A stretch of 61,577 nt of DNA, the filler included, from Sphacelaria rigidula (Eukaryota): NCBI GenBank assembly GCA_964200075.2. It is 11 parts of 11 records of this genome, joined end to end, with 100 filler letters (N's around TTAATTAATTAA, not from the genome) between each part and the next. Parts side by side here need not be neighbours in the genome. Positions count along the whole stretch, not along the records: positions 22,431 to 27,937 come from CAXNAA020026761.1; positions 28,038 to 33,544 come from CAXNAA020026762.1; positions 33,645 to 39,151 come from CAXNAA020026763.1; 8 more parts are not named here. The stretch is one strand, 5' to 3'. A program made the position numbers and the translations under genes. Below, in pieces: positions 25,969-38,700 of this stretch (its first letter is position 1; each line of letters opens with the position of its first letter). The notes beneath the pieces are model-generated. The model did no database searches and was not told the origin of the DNA. It saw only the letters and a list, made by a program, of their open reading frames with translations.

Positions 25969-26268
25969 TTTTTCTTGGCACACTTTCAAGCCTCCCCCTT
26001 CCTCAAGTCGAGCTTTTTTTGTCTCAAGGAATTAACACATCTCTCTCCCGGTACGTGCCTTACATTCTGGGGTCGCAGGTTTGATCAGCATTCCCGCACC
26101 GTGTCGACTTTTCATCATGTAAACTCTTTTTGCTCCTCCCGTCCACACATTTCCAACGACTGGAATCAGATATCTCTCAGAAAAAAAATCAAGATGCATC
26201 AGCCGGAAAACGAGCCCGCATTTGTCTGGCCTAATGGTTCCAGTTGTACCATTAGACCGCCGTGGGGC
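25969..26268 (-). mobile_element. Older diverged copy of the same SINE
   Basis: Patches CATCTCTCTCCCGGTACGTGCCTT and GATCAGCATTCCCGCACCG match the reverse complement of 24962-25265. Confidence 0.6.
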
Positions 26269-26340
26269 GTGGCGGCGTTTGTTGCAAATTTTCCACTGAT
26301 CCATGACAGATGTGTGCATAGTATTATTACTTATTTATAG

Positions 26341-26448
26341 TACCGGGGAGAGATGGGCTGATCCCTTGAGACCACGGACTCGTCCCGAGGAGAGGGAGGG
26401 GTTCAAAGTGCGACAAATGAATAAAATGAATAATAAAAAAACAAAAAC
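26341..26448 (+). mobile_element. 5'-truncated SINE copy (3' third plus A-rich tail)
   Basis: TACCGGGGAGAGATGGGCTGATCCCTTGAGACCACGGA...GGTTCAAAGTG then A-rich tail. Confidence 0.75.
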
Positions 26449-26731
26449 ATGTCACACCTTGAACCCTTTCCCTTCCTCGGCATGAATCCGTGGTCTACTA
26501 GTCCCAAGAAACAGCCCATCTCTTCCCGGCACACGCCTTGCATTTTCCTTTTCGCGGATTGGATCAGCACTCCCGCACTGCGTCAACTCTCGCCAAACAA
26601 ACTCAGTCAACTATTTGTAGTCACTCACGTACTCACGGTTTCGGCGGTGGAAATCAGATACCTCGGGGGAAAAGCCCAATGCATCGGGAATCGCACCCAC
26701 GTTCGCTCCACTCTAATGGTGACCGTCGATC
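26449..26731 (-). mobile_element. SINE copy, tail-to-tail with 26341-26448
   Basis: Reverse-complement colinearity with 24990-25255, including a decayed B box (GGGAATCGCACC). Confidence 0.75.
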
Positions 26732-27680
26732 AACATGGATTCATAATTACTAAACTACATGGAGAAATGACGAAACGATTCCGAAATGTTTGCCTAAACT
26801 GACACCGCTTTGTGTCCATGTGCAAGCCCTCTCTGAAGCCCTAAAATCGAGAAGCTCATTGCATTCGGGACCCCCCAGAGGAACACTCCGGAACTTTCCG
26901 TGTTGACCTTTTGAGCACCAACGAAGCGAATGAATGCCTGAGTCTGACATGAGCTCTTCAAGTGAACGTCGACTCAATAGATGGAAGGACGTACCTGAGC
27001 GGTGAGAGACTTCAGAGGAACAAGAGGCTCGTGAATACGTATGTCATGTTACTCAATATCGAGCGAGTGAATGCAAAACTCGATCTTGTTCTACTTATTG
27101 TTACGAATGACATTAACAATAACAATTCAACTCGTGTAGCCCTGATGGTTATGGTTAAAAGTATAGGGAGGCGATAATCATTATGGCAATCTTACTAAAA
27201 ATGATACCCATGATCATGATCATGACCATGGTGATGACAACCATTTGAACACGGTCATCATTGTGATAATAAGGACACTGATAGCGATCATCACAATCAA
27301 AAATCATTATGATTAGAAATCGTAATCATAAAAACAAAATCATGATGACAAAAAATCATGATGACCAAAAATCATGGTATTCAAAAAATCACGATAGTTA
27401 AAAGAATCATCATGATCAAAGCTCGTGGTATTCAAAACCGTCGTGTGATTTCAACCGTCAGTTGGTGTCAGTGACGGAGTCCGAGACAAAGTCGTTCACG
27501 AATAGTAAGCTATGAGAGAAATGCAGGTTGGACAAACCATCCATATCTATGTGTGCGTCAAAAACTCTGAATAATCAAATTCATTTATGATTCGAAATCG
27601 AAGTCGTAATCGTAATGAAAATGACCGTCATGACATTAATGGAAGTAGCAAGACATGTTGAACAACACCCTCCTCGTCAC

Positions 27681-27857
27681 CCGCTTGACGTCGAGTGCGT
27701 GGATCCCCCTGAAGCGCAAAGGCTTTGGCTGTAGCCAAAGTGGATAGCGCGCGTAGTCCGTCAGACAGCGGGTAACCGAAGCTTCGTAGTTGAAGACAAC
27801 GAACGCCGCCGATGTTTTCCAGCTGATAAACTCGAACTTGGCGGCTTTATCAGTCAG
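27681..27857 (-). CDS. Internal exon of OSCA/TMEM63 (CSC1)-like channel, end of cytosolic domain
   Basis: TGCAG| acceptor, |GTGACG donor, 177 bp, phase 0-0; LTDKAAK...AAFVVFN...RCLTDY...QPKPLRFRGIHALDVKR joins to APE..WENL. Confidence 0.75.
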
Positions 27858-28077
27858 CTGCAGGTAGCGAATCCATAGTGATTTCGTCAGGGTCAAGATA
27901 AAACATGTACATGTGGAGGGGTGGGGGTGAGGGGGGGNNNNNNNNNNNNNNNNNNNNNNNNNNNNNNNNNNNNNNNNNNNNTTAATTAATTAANNNNNNN
28001 NNNNNNNNNNNNNNNNNNNNNNNNNNNNNNNNNNNNNGGATCTGTGCCGTGGAGCTCACGACGGGACGGGGGGGGGT

Positions 28078-28111
<34 letters not shown>

Positions 28112-31100
28112 CTGAAAGGACTCTCGGTGGCCGGTATGCACTAAAATACTTCCTAGATTGGAGGGTAGAGCGGACATGAGGGATAGGGGGGGAGGGGGGG
28201 GAGGGGGGAAGGGGGGAGGTATGAAAGCTCTTGCGACGTTCAAACCATGTGAAAAAAAGGGGGCAAAGATCCTCATACATTCAATAACACAGCAGGATGC
28301 ACATCACATTTTGTGTGTAATCATTCATCACGACTATCCACCCTCCGTCCTTGCCCTCCAGCACGAACTACATGATAGGCGAGAATATGACAAAAATAGA
28401 GAAAAATACAACAAGAGAGAAGCAAATCGTCCACGTCCACAACCTTTGCCCTTGCGGGATGGTACGCACGAACACTTCACTGAATCCGGATGCTACGTAC
28501 GCTACCAACCTCTGGAACGTGAACAGGGGGAACAAGGAGCTCAACACGACACAACCGTGACTGCACCGAAATAAATCATATCCCTCTCCCGAAGGTCATA
28601 AAACAGCTTTCACGCACTGTGCACAATCAAGCGAGGGGGACACGCAGACACAAGCGCGGGATAGTCTGGCTGTCCCGGGCAAAGTGGAGAAACGTCCCTG
28701 TCCCAAGCGAAGCAGAACACGACACGCACTTGACCAAGAGTCTCCCCCCCCCCCTTCGCCCATTCAAAAGCCCTTTCAAGATTGTAACATTCCCACCGAA
28801 TATTTCACGGAAATCAAAGGCTCAGAGGCATACAGCCTGGGCAGACGACTAACAGCTGACACGTCACGCAGCTCCTTGATTGACCTGAAGCGCAAACGAA
28901 GCGAAAGAGTGGAGCGTTGGGGGGAATAAGGAGATAAGGGTTAGGATTAGGGAGGGGGGTCAAGATGATAATTGCTCTTGACTCATGAAAAAAATGAAAA
29001 AAAAGTTGTGTGCACTGGTCTTCGTTTTCGCCATGCCCCTTTGATTGTACATACCAGGTTTCAGGGTCAAACTCTAAATATTGGCCGGAGAAGGGGACAT
29101 TCAGTGACGGGGTCAGAAGAAACTCGAAACATTTTGATGCAGGCCACTTCCCGGCCCACGTTTGGTGTTTGTGTATTGAAACTTTGTTTGGGCTGTGGCT
29201 CGGGCATTTCCGACAAAACAAAGTGGGTCAGGTTGATTTTTTTGGCATTGGTTCAAGGAGTTCAGGTATGGAAACGACCATATTTTCACGAGAACACCCG
29301 AACCTTTCCCAAGAGAGAAAAAAATGAGTGCCCACTTTTTCTTAATTCAGCATACCTGTGTGGTCCTTCATCCTGAGTTTCAAATCACGATTCTAAAAAG
29401 TGAGCAAGTGAGCTAAAAAATTGAGATGAGGCCCGAGAATAGTGTAGATTTCTCCTCAAAACTGCCCAAAACGGATAAAAAAAAAAAAAGGCTGGTTATT
29501 TCAGCATCATCATGTACCATCAGTTCTCCACACGAGATTTCATAGCATAACTCTCAAAAACTGAGACGCGATATCCAAATTTAGAATCTAGTTCATCAAA
29601 TGTCTCTGCTCGTTATATATTGATTGTAGTATGCATACTTATATGCGCCATATCTCGAGATAGATAACGAATTAGGTGAAGGTGAGGGTATTTATCAACT
29701 CCCCGCGCTCCAAGGAATTTCCACACCAAAAATTGTCGCCATCCGCTGAATGCATCGATCGGGGGTTTCATATAGATTTTAGTGTGGACACTATCTCGGG
29801 CAGGTAAAGGAATTACTACACATGAGGTTTAATCAACGAGAAAATATTGGTTCAGACTTTCGAGCAAATGGGCACCTTCCCCTTAATTGGATGATCAATA
29901 CGATATGCGGATCATGGCCCAATTCGTTTGTGTCGATGAGATATTGCTTCGAGAGCTTAAATCCATTTCTAGGCTGGCCCGGCTCCTGTACCTCAGAAGT
30001 TTGCAAACAGTATAGTACACGATTCTTGTGAGCGAGAGCAGCACGCGATCGATACTTGAAGGGTGCTTCGGATATTTGCTCTCCAACACGCCGTGTACGG
30101 CACCAATCCATGTTCTTCTGAGCGTTTGGGGCGTTGTTCGGTACTCGATATATGTTCTGTTCGGCCGCTGGGAAGAGAACAGCAATTGCGGGGTTCAAAA
30201 CAGCCGCAGACGCTTCCACTTCTCATGCCGGATCTGAATGCTTGCTCCACCACGACAGTCAAGACATGCAAATCGAACCCAATACTTCCAGAATTTCTTG
30301 TTCCTGCAGTACGTGGGATCTTTCAGATGGAAAAATCACGCAAGTCAACGGGATGTGTATGATCCTTCCCGTCGGTCGGAAAAGAAGCGCATAAACTTAT
30401 GTACCCGTGACAGGCACATCTCCCTACTGCAATGCATCATCGCCTGTGCGGTCTGTTCATTCCTCTTCACGTCAAAACTGTGAAAATGCAACACAGATGG
30501 CCCATCCTGAGGGTGACTGTATAGGTCGAGACGAAGCCGAACTAAAGCGCACAGACAACAGTACAGCAGTACGATGTTGTCTTCTTTTCACCGCCCCCGC
30601 TGCGTTCGTTCCCTTTGACTAAAGGCATCACCAAGAATCAGATGACACCAAACCCTTTGAGAGCGTCACCTATTCCCGCCTCCCGTTGCAAAACTAAATA
30701 CCTGGACTGCCACGGTGAACTATCTGGGTCTTGCATTTGTTCTTGAACAAAATATTATGCACATGAAACACAAATGACACATCATGAGGGTGGCTGCCGT
30801 CTGTGTAGATAAAGCCGAAGTACACCCCACAGCACCGTACAATGCAGTACAGTGAAGGGCCATCTTCTGTGGCACCCGCTGCATTCCTTCCCTTCGTCTA
30901 TGGGTATCAAGTATCGGACTACTCCTATAGAGAGCGTCACCTCTTCCTCCTACAAGCTAAAAAGCGACTTTTGATCGCCAGGGTGGGCCATCTGCATCAT
31001 GCATTCATGTTTCAACTCAAAATCTCTGGAGACGGGCACCTCTTCCTGCAAGCGGCTCTGAAATTTAACCCTTCGACCCCCCGGGTGGGTTCCATATCTG

Positions 31101-32464
31101 GGTTTTGCATTCACTCTCCACGTGACAAGTATCACTATACAACATAATAACCGACCCTGGGGTGAGTGACACTTGTCCGTGTATTCCAGAGGTACAAGCT
31201 TCAGTAGCAGCGGATGGGGGCTGTAGAGACGGTACGGCGAACACGACGGTACCGATATAATCAACAGCTCAGACCCAGAGAAGAGCCCAAGTCAGCCACC
31301 ATGCTAGTATCCATTCCAGTACATGCCACTTTCATATCTTGGGGTTCCCTGTGCGGCTGTGTACAAAGCGGCGGCGCTATTCTCAACATGATATGTCGGG
31401 GTGGATTAAACATGGACATAGGCACGCACCGAAACGAAGTTACTCCAATCCAGGCATCTCCCAGGTTTCCCTCGAACCTCTTCTGACTCGTGGTAATTTT
31501 TCACTTGCATCTAATGGGAACGGCGCCTTGCTGGGGACACTCCATCCATGAAGAGATTTTGCCCGCGCGGTACTTCACGGTCAAGTGTGTGATTCGAGCG
31601 CTGATTGTTGCGTTGGGTGATTTAAACCTCAACGCACCATACAGCAGTGGTCACTTTAGGGGAAGTCCCGCGGTCAGCACAGTAAGCCGGAAAATGACTC
31701 CCGTAGTTTCTTCCTTCAGGTTTGGGGGTGTACACGTTCAAAGCACGACGGTAAGGCCACTGCTATAGGGTCGGCGTAGACGGTGTGGAGGAGTATGTAG
31801 CGTGTGAACAAGGAGGGCGTCGCCTGTACGGGCGACATTCCCATCAAGAGGGTGGAATCTAAAATCACGTGTACCCTGACGGAGCATCCCAGAAGAAATA
31901 TGGAAAAATAGATGGGTTGTCTCCGGTTGGTATGGTGTCTTCGAACACCCTGTTCACTTTTGGGGCTCCAATTAGAATGTCCAGCAGAAGAAGAGATATC
32001 AAAGCGTTCATCCGTCACGTCCAAGAATTGTCATTTGAAATATACGACACACCCTTTGTGTACAAGTTCCTCTTCTTTAGACGGGGGTAGGGGGGGGAGG
32101 GTCATGAACCAAGAGATCACGGCTTACATGATTCCGGAAGGCCGTTGCCTTTTTGGACCCTAAAAGGAGTACAGAGTGTACTGTTGAAAACCATTACTTC
32201 GTCAAGTTTTCGAGACATGGCCTGAGATTCTCCCGCCAAGTTTGGATCGTGAAAATACAACTAGCAATACAAGTGATTCACCTGTCTCGCCTCCAAGATT
32301 GGGATGGCCATCCAGTACGTGAACAATTTTCTCACATAATCAAATCTCCGAATACCTCAACTTTACAGTAGGAAGTAACTGCTTCCTCCGGGCAGGCAAC
32401 TCAACGTGCAGAATCTGTAGCGGTAAGTTATCGTTATCCAGCACAATGTTCAAATGTCAACATT

Positions 32465-33062
32465 TGTGATCGAGATGGACTACCCGCATCGCGGTCTAAG
32501 GATCAAGATGGACGTACTTTTTATATATTGCACACCTTGGACAATATATGGTCAAAAGTTGCAATAGCCAAGAAACGTGCTGCATAAAGTATGTACATAT
32601 TGCGGCTATTGTCGGCCGGCGATAGTTGCAATAGGCCTTTACTTTATGCAGTGCACTTATAGTCTATTACATCTATTGACCATATTTTGTCCAGGGTGTG
32701 ATATACCGACATGTGTAGCCCACGGGAGAGTTGAGCTCACTTATACGCTTCTAGAAGGAAGTGTGATTTTTCGTTACACATGCATGGATCTCACCTGAGG
32801 TTTATCCACCGTGTGTATTGCTAGTGGATCCCGTAACAACTTCGGGTCAGACCCATGCATGTGTAATGAAAATTCAACCTTCCCTTCTAGAAGCCTACAA
32901 GTGAGCTCAACTCCCCCGTAGGCTACACATGTCAAAATATAAAAAGTACGTCCATCTTGAACCCTTAGACTGCGATGCGGGTAATCCATGTCGATCACAC
33001 ACTTTTTTCTTCAATGAAACTGATGACAGTTCAGCAGGTAACCTACCCGCGCGGTCAAAGGG
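32465..33062. mobile_element. Long foldback element related to 9325-9533 (piggyBac-like right end)
   Basis: Arms 32465-32800 and ~32840-32999 are reverse complements once the nested MITE is removed; ends CGCGGTCAAAGGG. Confidence 0.65.
32531..32700. mobile_element. hAT-like palindromic MITE nested in the foldback element
   Basis: CACACCTTGGACAATAT...ATTTTGTCCAGGGTGTG; flanks ATATATTG/ATATACCG; same family as 1645-1815. Confidence 0.8.
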
Positions 33063-33899
33063 TTCGTGAGAACAGAAAGGAGCTCATGTCCGGACTTCAC
33101 GAAGCTTCGCCACTGTCTGCAAGATGGAATAATATCTTCACAAGCCGTCCTTCACGGAGTTAGTATTTGGTGGAAGTTATAGCGGGGTGTCCAGAAGAGA
33201 AGCGCCCACTTTCGTTTCCCGACACAAATCAGACGATCATGAATTAGATAAACATTCAGAGATGTCTCATACGAACGCTTTGCTGTCACACTCGACCGGA
33301 TTATACTGACGACTATGGTTGAAAATATGCCGCAAAATTCGACCACAAGACGCGATGTGATGTGAGGATCATGTCACGAGAAACAGCGTGGGCGTCGCCT
33401 GTATCTTTTGTTTACGCCATCCACACGCCGCATACTCGGTACGCCACTCATACGGCATGCAAGATCGTGAGTACCTTCCTTCTCCCCCCCCGATGCTCCG
33501 TCTCGAAAGGGATGCGTGGTCAATGGTCAAATGACTAAGGCAAGNNNNNNNNNNNNNNNNNNNNNNNNNNNNNNNNNNNNNNNNNNNNTTAATTAATTAA
33601 NNNNNNNNNNNNNNNNNNNNNNNNNNNNNNNNNNNNNNNNNNNNTGGGGGGGGGGCTATCGTAGAAAGTGTCTGCTTCTGCGTCCATGGGTGGTGGATTT
33701 GTATGGACCAATGTGCGTTGTCTTCTTTGCTAAGCACGCAAAACTTCGCGTCGAACCGTCAGATGGTCGGTAATCTCTATGCCCCTCCCCAATCGGCCTG
33801 GTGAAATAGTTTAATGGGACTACTTTGGCCCCCTGCCCCTCACTGGTAGTGGTAACAAGTACATTTTGTTGTTTACGGATCGGTTCAGTCGACATGCTG

Positions 33900-35727
33900 T
33901 GATGAATGCTGTTTCGGAGACCAACTAAAGTGCAGAGGGGGCTGACAACGTCCTTGTGTACACATACATCCCTCAGTGGGGTGTCCCCAAACGTTTGTTT
34001 TCCGATAACGGCCTACATTTTGCCGGCAAACTTTCTGCCGCGATCAGTAATCTCCTGGGTGCCCATCGTATTTTTACTAGTTTCTACCATCCGTCCACAA
34101 ACGGTGGGACCGAACGAGTTAATCGCACGATGGCGCAAGTGCTTGCCATAGTGACCAATGAGCGACAAACGGACTGGGACCTGCACTTACCCGTTGTCCA
34201 AATGAACTACAACAACTCCGTCAATGCCGCCACAGGCTTGGCTCCCAATGAAGTTCGTATTGGTCGTATGCCCAGGTTGCCATTGACAGTGTTCGACAGG
34301 AAACCCCCTGGTGGTCATCAGAGTTTGGATCGGGATATTGTGAAGTATCATCTGTCTGTTAGTAATCGTCTTCGTCTTGCATATGAGGTCGTACGGGAGC
34401 AGAACTTGATCAACGCATCAAAGATGGCTAAGGCAAACAGCGTGTTGGATGATGCAGTGAACAATCGTCCGGTGTGTAAAGTAGGTGAATGGGCATGGGT
34501 GTATAACGATGTGAGAACTGTAACCCAAGGTGTAAGCTCTGCTAAGTCGTCGTCGGATAAGGTGTTGAAGTCGAAGCTTTGCTTGAGTTGGACTGGTCCT
34601 TGGAAGATTTTGGCAGTTGGGCCCTGTGATACCGCACCTGACGATAAACCAGTAGGTGAGAAGCTTTTGTATTAGCATTTTCCCACAAATGAACCTGGCG
34701 TCAAACCCAAAAACCGGGTCTCGATGCTTCGGTGCATGCCGTGTCTGCCCCCTCACGACACTAGTGATATGCCCAAGCAATTGCCTATGGGGCTCAGTCC
34801 GTATGTGCTAACCAGGTATGCGGCGAAATCCCCACCGTACCACATGACGGTTGAAGACGCTGACGGTCCTCTTGAACGTGTAGTGGTAGATCGCATTTCG
34901 GGCCATCAATTGAGTGATGCTGCGATGGGGTCTGCACTTTCGGGGCCAAACCGGCCTGATTCAGGGGTTCCTAACAATTAGGAACTACACAAGAATATGG
35001 GTCAGGATATCCCCGTTTGCAAATTCATTCGGGACATCCCTAGCAAATTTGAAGAAAAACCCTGGCGTACTCTCACCTATTTCGAAAGTCGTGCTTTGGA
35101 TGAGATAAAGGGTTCCTAACAATGCTACTCTCAGGCCGGAAAAGTGCTGACCCTATCGCAGCATCACTCAATTAGTTCGAGGTCGAGGCAGTAAAATTGC
35201 GGTTATGTATCAGACTCACTGAAAAGGCCTCATGCGTGTTACGTGGGAACGGGAGGAGGATTTGCGTCATTTTCGAAGAGAGATACTTTTATACTGGGTC
35301 GGAGATGTCGTCCAACACCGCCCGTTGACCAAAAGATAAAGGTCTATGCGAAAAGGCGCAGCAGCTCGTGAACTGGCCCGAGAACACTCGGCACGATTTG
35401 TCATTTCGGGCTATAGTCTCATTTCTCGTTCACAGTACCTGCGCTCTTTTTCGAAGAAACGTTTACCGAAAGGTGCATATTTTTGGTACAGGGCTATGGA
35501 TTCGCGGTGGTGGCTGGGGAAGATTCATTTGAAAGATCCTGAAGCGGACGATTCCTACTACATCCGCTTCCTCGATGATCCGGTTCCTCAAGATCCGTCT
35601 TCACGACAATTACTACATCGAGATGCCGACCGCTCGCCGAGGATCTTGGTGCCTACAACGACGCGACAAAGGGGACATCGACACGGTTGTCTTGCGCAAC
35701 CCCGACACGGCGTGGGACACGGAATAA
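33900..35727 (+). pseudogene. Ty3/Gypsy integrase (rve core, GPY/F, chromodomain, Tudor-like tail), disrupted
   Basis: WGVPKRLFSDNGLHF...YHPSTNGGTERVNRT (rve), WTGPWKI (GPY/F), then VDRISGHQLVRGRG..YQTH*KG..TWEREEDL after removing 34912-35169; several stops and one frameshift; last stop at 35725-35727. Confidence 0.9.
34912..35169. mobile_element. Sola-like MITE, 258 bp, TSD AATT
   Basis: GAG...CTC termini, ~36-bp TIR (GAGTGATGCTGCGATRGGGTCWGCACTTT), AATT at 34908-34911 and 35170-35173; excision restores the integrase frame. Confidence 0.85.
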
Positions 35728-38700
35728 TCTTGATAGCGAATCGCGTTCCTTCCGATCTTATTCGCGTTCTTTAACCCCCCCCCCTGTTTGTGTCTTGTCG
35801 TTGGTGTCGTTTTCTCAAGTACCGTTGTGAGTCGGTTATCTGCGTTTTTCCCTACCGCCAATCGTCGCCCCCCTGGTCTCGTCGCGTTTTTTTTAGAATT
35901 CCCCCCTGCTTCCCCTTGTCCTCTCGTGGTCTCGTTTCCTTGAACCCCGTGTAGCCCGGTTGCCCACGTTTCCCTCGGCAGTACCCAGTAGCCGTGTTCT
36001 GTAGTGAACCTTCGCCGCGTATGCCTGTTCCTGTATGAAGCTATTGTTCTCTTTTCCTTGTATTTGTTAGATTTTTTTCTGTTTTTTTTGTTCCGCCCTG
36101 CTTCCCCTTCTTCCTACCTTGCATGGTCACCTGTTTTTCTTGTTTTTGTCTTTGGTTTTTGTCTTTGTATTCGGAGGCGGCCGACGCACACCGTTGGTAT
36201 TCTTCAGCACGTCCCCTACCAACCCCTTTCCGGGGAACATACCCGGTGTGTACGATTGCCCAACCACGTACGCCATCAACCTCTTCAACGGACTGGTTCT
36301 TTCGGCGTACCCTGTTATTCGTTTCCCCCCTACTTTTTTCTCTGTTTTGTGGTTTGTGTTTTTTTTTTGACAGCTAATACCGTTGGACTCACGTTGGCTT
36401 TCGATGACCGGGTTATGTGTTGCATGTCCAACAAGCCCTCTTCTTGAGTACCGTCGCAAATTCTTTGTAATTGCTCGCTGTGTCAGGTGTCCCATGTTCG
36501 TGGATATTTCTTTTCTCTTGGATTATGTTCAGTTCCGTTGCAACACCAGTCCGCCAAAACAAGGAAAAAATGGTTTTGTTTTTCGCAGTCTCGAGGTCAT
36601 ACATCCGGTCCGCCGCTTCGGAAATTAGTACGGTGGTTCGTTTTTGTTGTAGGGTTATTGCTAACGAATTATCGCGTTGATGTGCTCGGCGGGAGTTTAT
36701 CCTTCCGCTCGTACGCACACCCTCTCGATTTTCTCGTCTGAACGGGCACGTATCAAAGAGCGGACCGCATCGGTCCCTCTTTCTGTGTACTTACAGTGGT
36801 TCACCACGAACGCATCGGATTACCCGCCTTGGATTTATCTCCTACGGTTGTGTGTTATTCGTTGACGCTTTGTGGGACGATACGGGCACGTTTTCAATTC
36901 GATAGGCCGCCCTTCATCGTCACGTTGGTGCATCATGTTGCCTCACGGCTGCATGTTGATTTTGCTTCCCGGTGTCTTCCGCTCAGCGATTTTCTTCTCC
37001 CGCTTGAGCATTCAACACCGTTGGGTTCTACTGATGAAAGAAATGTACGATCGTTTGTGCTTCCCCGGTACTGTGAAACGCCTTGGCGGGCTGCTTGAAA
37101 AAACTCTCACAGCGGAACTAGACGTCTATTGAGACATGATTTTCCCTTCGCATGATAGCAGTCAACCTTTATATCAAGGTTTTGTAGCGGATGGACTACC
37201 GACTTGTTTTTTCGCTGCTTCAGCTTTTTAATGGCGGATTTGTCCTGGATTCCCGGATATTTCGTAGCTTCCGGCGCTACTTTTTCGAGGGTTGTCGATT
37301 CTTGGGTTTTTCCTACCCTTCGGATTTCTTTTCAATATAATTGTTGCCCTCTAAGTCCCCGTCACAGCACTCCCCCCTTAACGTGTCTCACATTTTCTTT
37401 TTATTGTGGTATCTTGTTTTACTTTTTTATTTTTCTGTGGTGTGGGGTAATGGAATGTGTGGGTAAAGCAACCTCGTTTCACTGCGTTCTCCTGCGATTG
37501 CTTTACCCATTGGAGGCTAGTGTGATATGATGTGACTGTAGGACGTAGCCATGATCTTGGGCAAAAGTGACATTGAATGATGAACATTTTCATATTCAAA
37601 TAGCGGGAAATTGGCTACCCGCTGGGTTGACGTTCTACGGAGATTATGTTTTTGAATTCGAAAAAAAAAAAAGCAGTGACCCAACCATGGCATGTGTCGA
37701 GGAGTTCGGCTCTTGGAGTTTATATTATGACCCAGTCTATGACGATTAGGGGGCGGCGAAACACGTTTGAATAAGCAGCCCCTACGAGCGTCACTCTCTT
37801 TTTATCCCCGGTTTTTAGCTGCGATTCAACAGTTCCCCAGTGGAGTATCTACAAACCGCGAGAAAGTGAGTTCCAGAGATAAGAGCAGTAGTCGGGCTGC
37901 TGTTTCGTCCGGTGTGTTTTATTGATTGAGGTTTCGGCTTGTTTCGTTTGTGTTGTATCTCCCTGTTCTGTAGATGAAGTTGGATCAATTAATTGCGTGA
38001 TAAAAGTGCTATTCTGGTCTGTATTATTATTTTCTTGTTGTCTCCTTGTGTGGATGCAACACGAGAGCGACTGTGGTCAGCCTGCGCTGCTGAGCTGAGT
38101 AAACAAACAACGTACACAGAGTTCTGAACCTGGAACAGTCGTGGTGAGCACCATTACACCCTCCTCAAGGTGTTTCACCCTTATCACATCATAGTTGGAG
38201 CTCTTGCACTGCCTCTGCTGTACCTTTTTTTGAGTTCGTTGTGTTCGGACTGCCTTTGCATGCGCATCTCTTTTGTTTGTTCATCGTCTAGCCGTTTGTA
38301 GCTGTTGCTCTATCATCTATCCCTGGCGACATGAGTTCAAGGGCCTCTGATACCCTAGACGATCGCACCCTGCGCAGACTCCGACGCGAACGTACGCGAG
38401 CAATAGCACTTGCCCCCCCACCATCCTCACCTGCTCGTCCCAGCTGCCTCTCTGTCACACCCGCCCCAGTAATGACACCCATCTACTCTGTAGCGGATGC
38501 GAGTCACCATGTAGAGTCCAATTTATACCGTATCTCTCCTGCCCCGTTGCATTTTTTCCTACATGAGCTGCCCGTACATTACCAGCTACCAACTCTTTTT
38601 TACCACCACCGGCACTGTATCAGCGTGCACCCTTTTGCTACACCCACCCCGCCGCATGTACCGTCGGCCTTTTATTCTTCAGTGGCTAATATTGATCGTC

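Noticed and set aside
28290..28515. Two possible small minus-strand exons
   Set aside because: Splice sites are plausible but the peptide is short and unrecognisable.
30500..30960. Degenerate ~280-bp direct repeat pair
   Set aside because: Similarity is too patchy to define boundaries or class by eye.
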